NCBI GenBank assembly: GCA_951406725.2
Contig: OX597819.1
Coordinates: forward strand, 5,394,001-5,458,000
DNA: 64,000 nt
Direction: 5' to 3'
Source of the DNA: Octopus vulgaris
Taxonomy: Eukaryota
The translations under genes were made by a program, and so were the position numbers. Of this stretch, positions 36,580-54,153 are shown one piece after another (the first letter of the stretch is position 1; each line of letters opens with the position of its first letter). The notes beneath the pieces were generated by a model. That model made no database searches. It worked only from the letters and a program-made list of their open reading frames with translations, and was not told the origin of the DNA.

Positions 36580-37747
36580 CAGGGGTTGGACAAAATAATG
36601 AAAACACCAAACATCATAGCTTCATAATTTTGAAATATCTATAAAACCGTTAAAAGATTGATTATTTTTATGTTTCTTGCTTAATATGTTTTGCTAAAAT
36701 TGCTGTTTATTTTCAGATATCATCAGAAAAAGGTAATTAAAATTCATTAAAATGACAGATCTATAGCACTTTCAAAGAGATCAAATTGTTGGTGCTCGTA
36801 TGGCAGTCACTAATGTAATGAAAACAGCCGAAATGTTTGGTGTATCAAGAAGTACTGTCTTGAAAGTAATGACAGCCTTTGAGAAAGAAGGAAAAACCTC
36901 CTCACCAAAACAAAACTCTGGAAGAAAACCCAAACTTTCAGATAGGGACCATCAGCTCCCAAGATTAATGCAGAGCTTAATGACCACCTCGAGAACCCAG
37001 TTTCCACAAAAACTGTTTGCTAGAAGCTGCACAAAGCCAGATTTCATGGGAGAGCAGCAATCAGAAAACCACTACTTTCAAAAACAAATGTTGCAAAGCA
37101 TTTAGAGTGGAGTAAGAACCTACAGAATTGGTCCCTAGAGTATTGGAAGAATGTTATTTTCTTGGGCGAGTCATCCTTTGCTCTATTTCTGATCACCAGC
37201 CAAGTATATGTGTGGAGACAGCCAAAAGAAGCATTTGACCCAGACTCCATTCTTCCAACTGTTAAACATGGAGGAGGAGGATCTGTGATGATCTGGGTGG
37301 TGGGGCTATATCTTGGAAATCCACCAGCCCAATGGTTTCCCTTCATGGCAGAATTAATAGTCAAAACTATTTAAGCATTTTATCTGATCAAATTCATCCT
37401 ATGGTTGCAGCATTCACACAGCTAAAGTTGTTACTGAATGGCATGAGGAACATTCTAGTGAAGTTGAACATCTTATCTGACCACCACAGTCCCCAGATCT
37501 CAATATTATTTAACATTTATGGTGCATTTTCGAAAAACAAGTAAGGAGTTGATATCCTCCACCATCATCACTACAAGAACTGGAGACTGTTTTAGCTGAA
37601 GAATGAACAAAAATTCCTTTGGAAACAATTGAAACGAGTCCATACCTCATAGAATTCAAGCTGTAATTACTGCCAAAGGTGGTCCTGCCCCGTATTAAGA
37701 TAAATTTGTTTGAAACTTTAAGGTGTTTCCATTATTTTGTTCAACCC

Positions 37748-37750
<3 letters not shown>
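36580..37750 (+). mobile_element. Decayed Tc1-like transposon
   Basis: TA-caggggttggacaaaataatg..acacc left TIR and ggtgtttccattattttgttcaacccct right TIR. SGRKPKLS, TVKHGGGSVMIW and PQSPDLNII fragments. Confidence 0.88.
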
Positions 37751-37814
<64 letters not shown>

Positions 37815-37854
37815 TGCGTGTGTGTGAGTGTTTATTTTTGGTTCAGTTTTCTAC

Positions 37855-37908
37855 CATGTGTGTTGAGTTGGACAGCTTCCTGCTGTGTATGTTGAGCTGG
37901 ACTAGATT
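37855..37908 (-). CDS. Putative GPI-anchored protein, candidate upstream exon (phase 1->1)
   Basis: atttttcttcag acceptor, g|gtagaa donor. (E)SSPAQHTQQEAVQLNTH(D) joins in phase to the 30459 exon. Confidence 0.6.
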
Positions 37909-38060
37909 CTGAAGAAAAATGATGCTGGTGGGATTTTGATATAAGACTAATGTCTTCATTGTGAGTGTTTCATAATCCATAAGGATTAACACCAATTCTA
38001 TATTAGAGCCCTTAGTGAACAGGTTGTAAAAAATTGGCAAACGTAAAATAAACTATATTT

Positions 38061-38481
38061 ACTCTTACTCTTTACTCTTTTACTTGTTTCAGTCATTTGA
38101 CTGCGGCCATGCTGGAGCACCACCTTTAGTTGAGCAACTCGACCCCGGGACTTATTCTTTTTGTAAGCCCGGTACTTATTCTATCGGCCTCTTTTTGCCG
38201 AACCGCTAAGTGACCGGGACGTAAACACACCAGCATCGGTTGTCAAGCAATGCTAGGGGAACAAACACAGACACACAAACACACACACATTACATATATA
38301 TATATATATACATATATACGACAGGCTTCTTTCAGTTTCCGTCTACCAAATCCACTCACAAGGCATTGGTTGGCCCGGGGCTATAGCAGAAGACACTTGC
38401 CCAAGATGCCACGCAGTGGGACTGAACCCGGAACCATGTGGTTGGTTAGCAAGCTGCTTACCACACAGCCACTCCTGCGCC
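38061..38481 (-). mobile_element. SINE family B
   Basis: Full length, with tatattt at both flanks. Confidence 0.9.
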
Positions 38482-38894
38482 TATATTTGTATGTTTTTTT
38501 AATATATATAGTTACATGTTTGCTTATGCTTTTAGTTATATTACAGGCAACTGACTATGAAGCCTACCCTGGTGTTGTATTAGCATGTCTGAAGACAAAC
38601 GTAGGCATCATAAGTAACATGAGACACCTATATACATGACTGGACTCTTTTGGGTGTAGCAAAAGGATTTGTTGTGAAACTGTGTAAAAGATATGGACAT
38701 TTTAAAACAAGTGTTGATGAATGTGTCACTGTTTTTGTTGAGGTTTGTTCAGTTAAATGCTTGAGTTGACCTCAAACACGTTGGATCTTTGATATAAAAC
38801 CAGATAAAATAATAGTTCAAGTTTAATAGAATTACTCAACATTCAACAATAATAGTCTATCATTTTATTACGTTCTCCAGCATGTTATTTATGA

Positions 38895-38928
<34 letters not shown>

Positions 38929-40079
38929 AGGATTAAGTTGATCTTGATAAGATTTGAACTTTGGAACTAGAAACCTTCAAGTAACTTATTATTGTTCAGT
39001 CTTATCCAGTTCACCACTAATGAGATACTATTCACTTCTATTGTTTTTATAGTCATACATTCAGCTAATTGAAAATGAATTTCAAATAGAATCTGGTTAA
39101 ATACTGAGTAATATAGTGTAATACTGTGTGTGTGTGTGTGCATGTGTGTATATGCCTATTGCACACATGGTTGTAAGTGAACAAGGTCAAACAGTGCAGA
39201 AGCTATGCAGCTGGTAAAGACATTCTAGTGCAAATCAAGTTAACAGCAACTTAATAGCATGTGGTTGGTACTATTAAAAGAAACTAGCTGCAACTACATG
39301 GCTAATAGCAACATTTCAAGAATTATGAAGTGGTAGAAACAGCACATCAGTGGTTGTTACGTTGCCAGCAAGAACAGTAATTTCAAATATGTAGCTAATG
39401 AAATAAGTAATTAGGATTATGTAATCTGTGGCAACTCTCTAGAAGAACGCATGAAAAGGACGATAGCTGTAGTTAACTTGAAAGATATGTAACTGTAGCT
39501 GCTATATTGATACAGAATGAAAACTTGACTGAGCAGATCATAACTAAAGGCACTCTAACCATGACCCTCTAGTCTTATTTTTCAGGTATATGATTGCATT
39601 ATCCAAGGTAGTAGACAAAAAATAAGGATTTTGAGAGAAGGAGTTGGAAAGAAATTTAAGAAATTTAATTTAAAAATATATCAAACTGGAAAATGTTTAT
39701 CCAAAAAGTAACTTTCTTAAGATAATAAATTTCCTTTTTTAATCAGATTACAGAGGTTGTATAATCATTTAAATCAGCTTCATATCTTACTGAAGAACAT
39801 AGCCGTTATCAATAGCAAGATTTGAATCCAGGGTAGAGCAAGACAAACATAAAATATTTAAACAAACAATTTAGGCTATGATACTACTTACTTTGTTTTT
39901 GGTCTTGTTACCAACTCTGTATTAAGTAAGTAAAAAGGTCTTACTATAACAGTCAACCAATGACTCTGTATGTCTAGTGAGACAACTGAAAGTTCTTCTC
40001 TATACTGCAGGATTTTTACAGAAAAGCAAAAACTTGTCATGAATGCAAATCTCTCCCCTCCACACAAATAATGTGGCCT

Positions 40080-40316
40080 TAAGGCGGTGAGCTGGCAGAA
40101 ACATTAGCACGCCGGACGAAATGCTTTGTGGTATTTTGTCCGCCACTGCTTTCTGAGTTCAAATTCCGCTGAGGTCAACTTTACCTTTCATCCTTTCAGG
40201 GTCGATAAATTAAGTACCAGTTATGCACTAGAGTCGATGTAATTGACTTAATCCTTTTGTCTGTCCTTGTTTGTCCCCTCTATGTTTAGCCCCTTGTGGG
40301 CAATAAAGAAATACAG
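40080..40316 (+). mobile_element. SINE family C
   Basis: 12 bp TSD ataatgtggcct (40068-40079, 40317-40328). Confidence 0.9.
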
Positions 40317-40736
40317 ATAATGTGGCCTAAGAGAAAAGGTAAGGGCCGTACAACTTTGCAGGTTTGCCATCAAAACCTGAACAAATACTACACAGCGTCC
40401 TCTCTGAGACACTGGCAGTTCTGTTAACCCACTGCCTTGAAGGATTCTTACAAGTGAGGTCACCAAATAGCTTGCAAGGCCAGACCCCCACCAAGTGAGA
40501 GTGGGGCAAGGAAGGGTTGTAGTATTGAGGGAGGTGGATTTATGCTTAGTGACAGGAGATTAAAGTATGACAGAAGGACAGTTACAGGTCTATTATTTTA
40601 GGGGAAATACATGGTTATCCACATTGGAAAAGAGAGATAGTGGTAAAGATGCATCAGGGTTGTCCTCAAGTTACAGGAATCTGAATATAAGAGAGATGAT
40701 ATAGAGGAGTAGACAGGGTGTGTACATATAAATGCA

Positions 40737-41533
40737 TACTCTTTTACTCTTTTACTTGTTTCAGTCATTTGACTGCGGCCATGCTGGAGCACCACCTTTA
40801 GTCGAGCAAATTGACCCCGTGACTTATTCTTTGTAAGCCCAGTACTTATTCTATTGGACTCTTTTGCCGAACCGCTAAGTGACGGGGACGTAAACACACC
40901 AGCATTGGTTGTCAAGCAATGCTAGAGGACAAACACAGACACACAAACATACACACACATATATATATATATATATATTTGTACGACGGGCTTCTTGTAA
41001 AGGTTGACTTTGCTTTTCATCCTTTTGGAGTTGACAAAATAAGTACCAGTTTGGTGCCAGAGTCAATCGACTTGCCTGCTCCCTTGAACTTGTTGACCTT
41101 GTGACAAAATTTGAAATCAATATTTGTCATATTCTTTTTTCTTTTATTCTTTTATCTGTTTCAGTCATTTGACTGCAGCCATGCTGGAGCACTACCTTTT
41201 AGTCAAACAAATCAACCAAGGACTTATTTTTTGTAAGCTTAGTACTTATTCTATTGGATCCTTTTTTTGCTGAACTGCTAAGTTACAGGGGACATAAGCA
41301 CACCAACATCGGTTGTCATATGATGTTGGGGGACAAACACAGATACACAAACACACACACATATATATACGATGGGTTTCTTTCAGTTTCCATCTACCAA
41401 ATCCACTCACAAGGCTTTTGTTGGCCTGAGGCTATAGTAGAAGACACTTGCTCGGGGTGCTACACAGTGGGACTGGACCTGGAATCATGTAGTTGGTAAG
41501 TAAGCTACTTACCACACAGCCATTCCTGTGCCT
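40737..41533 (-). mobile_element. Cluster of SINE family B copies (40737-40997 truncated, 41140-41533) with a family C fragment between
   Basis: Similarity to the other copies. Confidence 0.8.
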
Positions 41534-42119
41534 ACAATTCAAAATAACCATCCTTTGCTATCACCAGAACCGTTAATCATTTCTGAACTTGGTATATGAT
41601 TTATGTTTTGTTGCACCTGGAAAATTAAATTGGTGCATTAGGTTGTATTTCTTTGTATCCTCTCCAGGGTAAAATGTGAATGCAGCCCTTGCATAGAGAT
41701 TTTAATTCAGGCTGCAGTGAAGGGGAACAAATTCAGGAATAGATTCTGACACTGAAACAACTCTGCTGGTTCACAACCATTGTAGAGAAAATCATGGAAA
41801 CTTAAATGAGGACTTACTTATAAAGAAAGAAAAGAAATGCTACTTGAAAGTGAAATTAGGCTACAAATTCATACACTTTATATTTTTTTAATCTTTTATT
41901 TGTTTCAGTTGTTAGGTTGTGGCCATGGTGGGGCCCTGTTTTGAAGGATTTCTGTCATATTGACCTCAGCACATATTTTGTTAAGCCTGGTACTTATTCT
42001 ATCATTCACTTTTGTAAAACTGCCAACTCTTCTGGTCAAGTAGTGGAGGTAGGGACAAAAACAGGTACAAACATATACACAAATACACATATACATACCT
42101 ATATATATATATATATACT

Positions 42120-43060
42120 TGCTCAGAATAAAAGGCAGACTGTATGACACATGTGTACGAACAGCCATGCTACATGGCAGTGAAACATGGGCCATGACTG
42201 CTGAGGATATGCGTAAGCTTGCAAGAAATGAAGCCAGTATGCTCCGATGGATGTGTAATGTCAGTGTTCATACCCGACAGAGTGTAAGTGCCTTGAGAGA
42301 AAGGTTGGATCTAAGAAGCATCAGATGTGGTGTGCAAGAGAGACGTCTACGCTGGTATGGACACGTGGTAAGAATGGATGAAGATAGTTGTGTGAAAAAG
42401 TGCCACACCCTAGCGGTTGAGGGAACCTGTGGAAGAGGTAGACCCAGGAAAACCTGGGATGAGGTGGTGAAGCACGACCTTCGTTCTTTAGGTCTCACCA
42501 AGGAAATGACCAGAAACCAAGACCTTTGGAAGTATGCTGTGCATGAGAAGACCCGGCAGGACAAGTGAGGCCATAACCCGTGGCCTCTATCTGGGACGTA
42601 GTCAGTCCACCTGTGCATACCTTCCTTCTCGGGACACATAACTCTACCTTGTGAAGACCTGTTGAGGCAAGTGAAAATCAAAAAATCAAATCAAAATTGA
42701 AATCGATCAACATCAATGGAATTTGTAGTTGTGGCACCAGTGCTGGTGGCACACAAGAGAACCATCCGAACGTGGCCGGAGCCAGCACCTCATTGACTGG
42801 CCTCTGTGCCGGTGGCACGTAACAAACACCATCCAATTGTGGCCGTTGGCAACCTCGCCTGGCCTCCGTGCCGGTGGCACGTAAAAAGCACCCACTACAC
42901 TCACGGGGTGGTTGGCGTTAGGAAGGGCATCCAGCTGTAGAAACACTGCCAGATCTGACTGGTCTGGTGCAGCCTTCGGGCTTCCCAGAGCCCAGTTGAA
43001 CTGTCCAACCCATGCTAGCATGGAAAGCGGACGTTAAACGATGATGATGATGATGATGAT
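42120..43060 (+). mobile_element. RTE LINE, 5'-truncated
   Basis: ORF 42119-42568 is highly similar to 18037-18717. 3' UTR and (GAT)n tail. Confidence 0.9.
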
Positions 43061-43323
43061 AATATGTATATATATATATAAATATATATATGTATATATA
43101 AATATATATATATATATACACATATATACATACATACATACATATATACATACATATATACATACATATATACATACATATATAAATACATATATATATA
43201 TACATACATATATATACATATATATATATACACACATATATATACATATATATATATACATCTACATATATATATATATATATATACACATATATATATA
43301 CACACATATATATATATATATAC

Positions 43324-43354
<31 letters not shown>

Positions 43355-43374
43355 CATACATATATATATATATG

Positions 43375-43549
43375 GCAAACTACTGCCATTCAGTTAATAA
43401 CTTTCGTTGAGTCTCTTAAACAAGAACAACAGCATCATGTGTATATACCATATCCATACATATTTATCTGTTTGTAAGAGTGTCTGATATACTGATGTAA
43501 ATTGGTGGGTTAAGTGTCATTTCTTTATGCCATCTCCAAGGTAAAATGT
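43375..43549 (+). repeat. 175 bp local duplication of 46816-46990
   Basis: Identical except one position (catctcc/catttcc). Confidence 0.92.
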
Positions 43550-44128
43550 TATTTTCTTGGATGAGTCATTCTTTACCTTATCTTCGAGTATACATGTGGA
43601 GACAGCCAAAAGAAGCATTTGACCCAGACTTCTTCCAACTGTTAAACATGGATGAGGATCTGTGATGGTCTGGGGAGGGGAGGCTATATCTTGGAAATCT
43701 GCCGGCCCAATGGTTTCCCTTCATGGCAGAATCAATAGTCAAATTCATCCTATGGTTGCGGAACTGTTTCTGGAGGGAGATGCAATCTTTCAGGATGATA
43801 ATGCACCAATTCACACAGCTAAAGTTGTTACCGAATGGCACGAGGAACATTCTAGTGAAGTTGAACATCTTATCTGGCCACCACAGTCCCCAGATCTCAA
43901 TATTATTGAACATTTATGGTGCATTTTCGAAAAACAAGTAAGGAGTTGATATCTTCCACCATCATCACTACAAGAACTGGAGACCGTTTTAGCTGAAGAA
44001 TGGACAAATATTCCAATTGAAACGAGTCCATACCTCATAGAATTCAAGCTGTAATTACTGCCAAATGTGGCCCTACACCATATTAAAAGAAATTTGAAAT
44101 TTTAAGGCGTTTCCATTATTTTGTCCAT
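43545..44128 (+). mobile_element. Tc1-like transposon, 3' half
   Basis: FQDDNAPIH..WPPQSPDLNIIEHLW (DD34E). Right TIR matches the copy at 36580-37750. Confidence 0.88.
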
Positions 44129-44421
44129 ATATATATAGATATATAGTTTACTCTTCCATGAAGGTAAGATCAGCCAAATGAACTCCATTAAGTGAGAGAA
44201 AAATATTGTTTAATGTACACAGTATATAACTATGAGCTACTGTTTCATACATTGGAGATATTTTCTAGGCAGGTTTTAATAATATGCCTAGTATTTCCAA
44301 GCAATCTTCTAATTAAGGCCTTCCTAGACAACATCTCCAATGTATGAAACTACATTAGTAGTTAATAACTATATACTGTGTACATGTGTACGTTGAATAA
44401 TATGTACATGTGTGTGTGTGC

Positions 44422-44980
<559 letters not shown>

Positions 44981-45093
44981 TATATATATATATGTGTGTG
45001 TGTGTGTATTTATATGTATATATATATGTGTGTATATATATATGTATATATACATACATATATATACACACACATATATATATATATACATAC

Positions 45094-45146
<53 letters not shown>

Positions 45147-47064
45147 CATACATACATATATATACACACACACACACACATACACACACACATATATATA
45201 ATATAATATATAGGGTGGAGATTCTGTCTACCAAATTCACTCACAAAGCACTGGCTGGCCCAAAGGTATAGTAGAAGATACTTGCTCAAGGTGCCACGTA
45301 GTGAGACTGATCCCAAAACTAAGTGGCTGCAAAGTGGACTTCTTAGTCACATAACCACGCCTGTGCATGTCATTACCAGTTGTAGTGGCAAAATTATTAA
45401 AATCAACTTTGTTTTGATGACATTTTATCAATGATCCCAACCCGTTTATCTGCTTATCATATTTATAATAGCTATACCATGTCTGGCATTTAGATTTTCT
45501 CTTTCCCAGTTTCCCCAATAGTTTTCATTGTGACTTGAAACTTTATCTGCATTTCAGATTCTGTGGGTTACGATTTGTGTGAGATTCTTTTCTTTAGGCC
45601 ACCCAAGAACTATTTTCTCTTCTTTGAGATATCAATTTAAGATTCATATAAAATATTATCTTTTTCATTCACATGCTGAGCTGATGATGGAGTTTTTAAA
45701 TGATTGTTTAACCTACTAGAAGTAGCAGCACATTTCTTGTATCACACTCAACTGTTTTGAAAAAGGAAAGACACATTAGATAATGTAATCCTAAATATAC
45801 TATTCTGAAAAAGAAAAAGAGAGATGGTCATGGATGAAATGCATATGATCATAGGTTTGCTGGATCTGTTTCCCTACAGTATCATATACCTGATTGATTA
45901 TTTGAGCCAGTGAGTGGATCTTCTGTCTAGATACTCCCCTTATACTCAGAGTGCAAGCCAAATATCTTTTTAAGCAAGGTCTCACTGTCTACAGGTTAAG
46001 ACTATAAATTTGTGTCAACTAAAGAAAGGACATATTGGATGACATCCATCCTGGATATGTCCATAAATAGGTGAGGTAAACAAGGTTGGGATACCTTTGC
46101 TCACAGGTCTGCTTGATCAGGATTGACTTGGAGCTAAACAGCAACTTCTAAATTACAAGACAGCAAGTTCCACCATATGAATAGACAACGAACCAATGAA
46201 AAAGGCTACCTTTTATCTGCTCAGTCAGGGTAAATTAAAGTCAACTGATACACTGAGCACAACCCTTGATGATTCTCTCTTGACCTATCTATTGTTTGTT
46301 AACTGATAAGACAATACATAATTCTTTCTAATCTTGATACAAGGCCAGCTATTTTGAGAGCAATGGAAAGTTGACTGTACTGACCCCAGTACTTGGCTGG
46401 TATTTATTCTGTCGACCTTTAAAGGATGAAAAGAAAAGCTGACTTTTGAACTCAGAATGTAATGAGCATGTTGTCCAATGTGCTAGCGATTATGTCAGCT
46501 TACTGCCTTAATAAGACAATACACAATGAATGCTGAATATGAAATAATAGAGCACAAATTCAGTTTTTGTTGAGGCCAGACCCCAAAAGTATATAAGATA
46601 TTGATCAGATGGTTACAGTCAAAATACTGATAGAATGGCTAAGGCTGGAACAGTCTGATGGGATTACCACAGCTGGCATACTATTTGATGGAATGGCCAC
46701 AGTTAGGATACTGTTTGATGGGATGGCCAAAGCTGGAACAATTTGATAGGATGGTCCCATTTGGAACAGTGGTTCACACCCAAAGAGACATGCTGAAATC
46801 TTTTATCAATAACATGCAAACTACTGCCATTCAGTTAATAACTTTCGTTGAGTCTCTTAAACAAGAACAACAGCATCATGTGTATATACCATATCCATAC
46901 ATATTTATCTGTTTGTAAGAGTGTCTGATATACTGATGTAAATTGGTGGGTTAAGTGTCATTTCTTTATGCCATTTCCAAGGTAAAATGTATTCATTGAA
47001 TAGGGATCAATAAGCTAGCTTAAAACTTAGTTCCTTTTGCTCCACATATCGCATTAAAGGACCA

Positions 47065-48055
<991 letters not shown>

Positions 48056-48057
48056 AT

Positions 48058-49688
<1,631 letters not shown>

Positions 49689-49727
49689 GTGTGTGTGTGT
49701 GTGTGTTGGTCCTTTAATGCGATATGT

Positions 49728-49760
<33 letters not shown>

Positions 49761-49780
49761 TTTTTTTTTTTTGTGTATAT

Positions 49781-49919
<139 letters not shown>

Positions 49920-49921
49920 TT

Positions 49922-49957
<36 letters not shown>

Positions 49958-50597
49958 TATGTTATACACACACACATCATCATCATCATCATCATTATAT
50001 TATATGTCTGCTGTCCATGCTGGCATTAATTGGATAAGTTGGATGCACTTCATTACACCATCTACTTTATGGAATGTACTTGGTGCCTTTTTTTATGGTA
50101 CCAGCACTGAAGAGGTGTTTTGCCCTCAAAAAAATCAAAGAGTCCTCACAACCTCACACATAATATTGTGTATTGGTTGTGGTTTTTTTTTTTTGTGACA
50201 CCAGCACCAGAAAAGTAGCCATATCCTCAACAAAACTAACGGGACCTCACAACCTTATGTCACTGCCTACTGGCTAGCTTCTTCATAGATTAGGGAACAT
50301 GAGTGATAGATGCATGAATGACAGTGATAAAAGGGATGAGTAGTAAGGGGTAGATTGATAAAAGTACACTCAATATGGGGTAATGACAAGTAGTAAAGGT
50401 GGGGAAAGGAGGAGGTTGAGTGAGAAGGACACAAATGGTCTCCTCTAACCATCAATTTATACAACTACGACATGGGATGAGGTGGGTCTTAATACTTTTC
50501 AGGAAATAGTTCCATTTCACTGTACTGAGTCAAAATAGCTCTCAGTTAGTTGACCCTCAAATCAAATCCTATGCCATAAAAGAAAGAAACGTACATA

Positions 50598-50762
50598 GGC
50601 GCAGGAGTGGCTGTGTGGTAAGTAGCTTGCTTACCAGCCACATGGTTCCGGGTTCAGTACCACTGCGTAGCACCTTGGGCAAGTGTCTTCTGCTATAGCC
50701 GCAGGCCGACCAAAGCCTTGTGAGTGGATTTGGTAGACGGAAACTGAAAGAAGCCCGTCGTA

Positions 50763-50829
<67 letters not shown>

Positions 50830-51058
50830 ATGTGTGTGTGTGTATGTTTGTGTGTCTGTGTTTGTCCCCCTAGCATTGCTTGACAACTGATGCTGGTGTG
50901 TTTATGTCCCCGTCACTTAGCGGTTCGGCAAAAAGAGACTGATAGAATAAGTACTGGGCTTACAAAGAATAAGTCCCGGGGTTGAGTTGTTTGATTAAAG
51001 GCGGTGCTCCAGCATGGCCGCAGTCAAATGACTGAAACAAGTAAAAGAGTAAAAGAGT
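50598..51058 (+). mobile_element. SINE family B
   Basis: Full-length copy. Confidence 0.9.
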
Positions 51059-51758
51059 ATTGGGTAAATGGAAAAGTTATAGGCTGGAATGTCACTGATC
51101 CTGTCCTTACTCAATCAGAGATGACACTGGGCTAAACAGCAATTAATTTTCATTAAGTCTGGAGCTTTAAAATAAAAAACAAAAACAGCCGAAAGGCAAA
51201 ATAAAATAAACAAACAAAAGATGATAGAACCTGAGAAGTGACACATGAACTCATGACATACCAGGTCAAAAGTCAAGCACTTTTAATCACCTTCCAATTT
51301 TATTTCTACAAGTGTGAAGTGTAAATCTGAAGAGTGACTCATTTGATTTTGATATTTAAAAGACATCTTAAAATTGTGGTTGGCCTATTAGTGAATGATG
51401 TGGTTTGAATTGCAGTACGAACCTGAATGCTGTGTAATAATTGAAATTATGTAAGATGTCTGTTAAGAGGCACTTGAGGGAAATTGCAGAGACAACTGTT
51501 AACTATGCGATGGCAACTATGCTATTATATATCATATATTTCAGTATTCATATTTAGCCATACAAGTTTTGTGAATATGTGTGTATATCTATATTACACA
51601 TACACATCTGCCTACCAATTGAGAAATCATTTGACCTATATAGCGAAAATATTAGATGAACTCTGAAAGTTTATAGGACTTTCATAAATTAAAGTTCGTT
51701 CATACATCGTTATAAAATGTAAGGTAATAAAAAAATGCACACACACACACACACTTGC

Positions 51759-51807
<49 letters not shown>

Positions 51808-51808
<1 letters not shown>

Positions 51809-51955
51809 CATCATCATCGTTTAATGTCCGTTTTCTGTGTTAGTACGGGTTGGACGGTTCGACCGGGGTCTGTGAAGCCAGAAGGCTGCACCAGGCTCCA
51901 GTCTGATCTGGCAGTGTTTCCACAGCTGGATGCCCTTCCTAACGCCAACCACTCG
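51808..51955 (-). mobile_element. RTE LINE 3' end fragment
   Basis: (ATC)n plus the reverse complement of the RTE tail. Confidence 0.8.
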
Positions 51956-52039
51956 GTGCGATAGATAAATTGTCACCATTTTATATTTATACTATCATGT
52001 ATGCACATTGTTTGTTTTTGATTTTGTCAACTACTCAGT

Positions 52040-52735
52040 ATTGTAGGGTCATCTGTAAGAAAAGCAATACCATGACGCAAATTCATTCCCCCAGAAATTT
52101 GGAAACGACATGCTGTACATTTATGCCAGAAGCTTCAGAGGACATGTATTGAGAGTGATAAAAAAGCAAACATCTGGTCAACATCAAGGTGTTTGGAGTG
52201 ATCACTAGTGATGATGCTATGTCTCCATTCATCTTCACACATGGCCTTGGACTCAATATGGAGGCCTGCATCCAGTGCCTGGAAGCAGTAGTGCTCTCCT
52301 GGGTCAAAAGGTGGCTGCTGGAAGACCCTATGTCTGGCAACAGCACTCTGTGCCATGCCATACAAGCAGGGGAACCCAGTCATGGCTGCCAGACAATTCC
52401 TGCGGCCACACCACCCCTAACATCTGGCCACCTAACACCCCAGATTGCAACCCCCTTGATTATTATGTGTGGGGCACATTTGAGCAAGAGACCAACAAAA
52501 CTCTTTGTAAATACCAAAGATGAACTGAAGGCAAGGATTATGGCAGCATTTACCTACTTGAACCAGGAGGCCTTCCAGAATAGTTGCAAGAGATTCTGAA
52601 GTCGTCTGGAGGCCATGGTGATTTTATTGAATAAATTTACTCTTTAGTATTTCAAGATATTTTTATGTAATTTTGGTAAATATATCTGTTAAAATGAGAT
52701 GTCAGTGTTATTTTTCATTTTTGTGTAATTTTTTT
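52040..52735 (+). mobile_element. Decayed maT/DD37D-type (Tc1/mariner superfamily) transposase remnant
   Basis: FGVITSD..PFIF..GL.LN, GRPYVWQQ..PCH and WPPNTPDCNPLDYYVWG motifs across frames. Confidence 0.75.
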
Positions 52736-53016
52736 TTTTCCCCTCTCTCTCTTTCGGAGAGGCACTGAGCAGCTATATGCACACATACACACACGGCAGT
52801 AACTTCCACCTACCGAATTCAATCTCAAAGCTCCGGTCGGCTCGGGGCTATAGCGGAAGACACCTAGATGTCAAATTATACACTGTAAAGAAGTAGTGAC
52901 CTTGAACTGTGGAGGGAACCTATGGAAGTAGTATACTGAGGAAGTGATGGGATGAGGCATTGAAGCATGACCTTTAGATGTTGAGTCTGATGGAGGAAAT
53001 GAAAAGTGAGCGAGAC

Positions 53017-53283
53017 CCCCGTGCCGGTGGCATGTAAAAAGCACCATCTGTTCGTGGCCATTGCCAGCCTCGCCTGGCCCCCGTGCGGGTGGCACGTAAA
53101 AAGCACCCACTACACTCACGGAGTGGTTGGCATTAGGAAGGGCATCCAGCTGTAGAAACACTGCCAGATCAGACTGGAGCCTGGTGCAGCCTTCTGGCTT
53201 CACAGACCCCAGTTGAACCGTCCAACCCATACTAGCATGGAAAGCGGACGCTTAATGATGATGATGATGATGATGATGATGAT
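53017..53283 (+). mobile_element. RTE LINE 3' end fragment
   Basis: Matches the RTE 3' UTR. (GAT)n tail. Confidence 0.85.
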
Positions 53284-53754
53284 ATTGAGATCTATATCAG
53301 ACAATGTTTGCACTATGTAATACACACACACACACACACACACACACATGGAAAATCATCATGTGTAGCAGACAGCCACACCCACCCTCCATCATTTGCA
53401 CAGCTTTCATAATCAATTATGATCTCATCACTGGCTGATTAACCTTGTCCATCAATAGGATCTGAATTCCTAATGGAATTTGATCCTAGAAAGCACATAC
53501 CTAGGATGAATACTACAAGGAATTTAATGATATTCCAACAATTCCACCAATTGACTGCTCTGGAATGGTATTTTTATTTACTGACTCCCAAAATCCAAAA
53601 GGCAGAATGTGGAGAATGTGTGTGAGAATTTAAGCAAGTCATGTACAAAGATGATGTCATCAACCTGAGAACGCTCAATGAGCCTAACAAGAAATTTATC
53701 ATGCATGTTGGTGCTGACCAGTGTTCAGTTCTCAGCTGTCTTTTATTTTAACCA

Positions 53755-54153
53755 TCTTTATATATAAAAGAGAAGTTGTGTGTCTGTCTCCTACGATTTA
53801 GATTCCTAACTACTCCCACATTTTGCAGTGCAGTTTAACCAAAACCGGGTATCTTATAGTCGTGATTCATATCGAGCCCTTCTGGGTATTAGCGCGCGTC
53901 TACGATGAGTCTACGATTTAAAAAAAAAATTACCATCATTTTTTTCCATTTTAATGCATTTTTTGCTTTGTTTATATAAGGGAAGTAACTCTCTAAAAAT
54001 GTCTACGATGAGTCAACGATTTAAAAAAAAATTTACCATATTTTTTTTCCATTTTTAATGCATTTTTTTGCTATTTTTTGGCTATAACTCTCTAAAAATG
54101 CTTATATAGTTATTTCCCTTACAAACCCGAGCAACGCCGGGCGATACTGCTAG
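53755..54153 (+). mobile_element. Non-autonomous Helitron (subfamily B, 2 internal repeats)
   Basis: A|TC..hairpin..CTAG|T. Confidence 0.85.

Noticed and set aside
45890-45988. Minus-strand phase 0-0 candidate exon (TVRPCLKRYLACTL..NQ)
   Set aside because: Weak acceptor, and the phase is incompatible with the phase-1 exons of the minus-strand gene.
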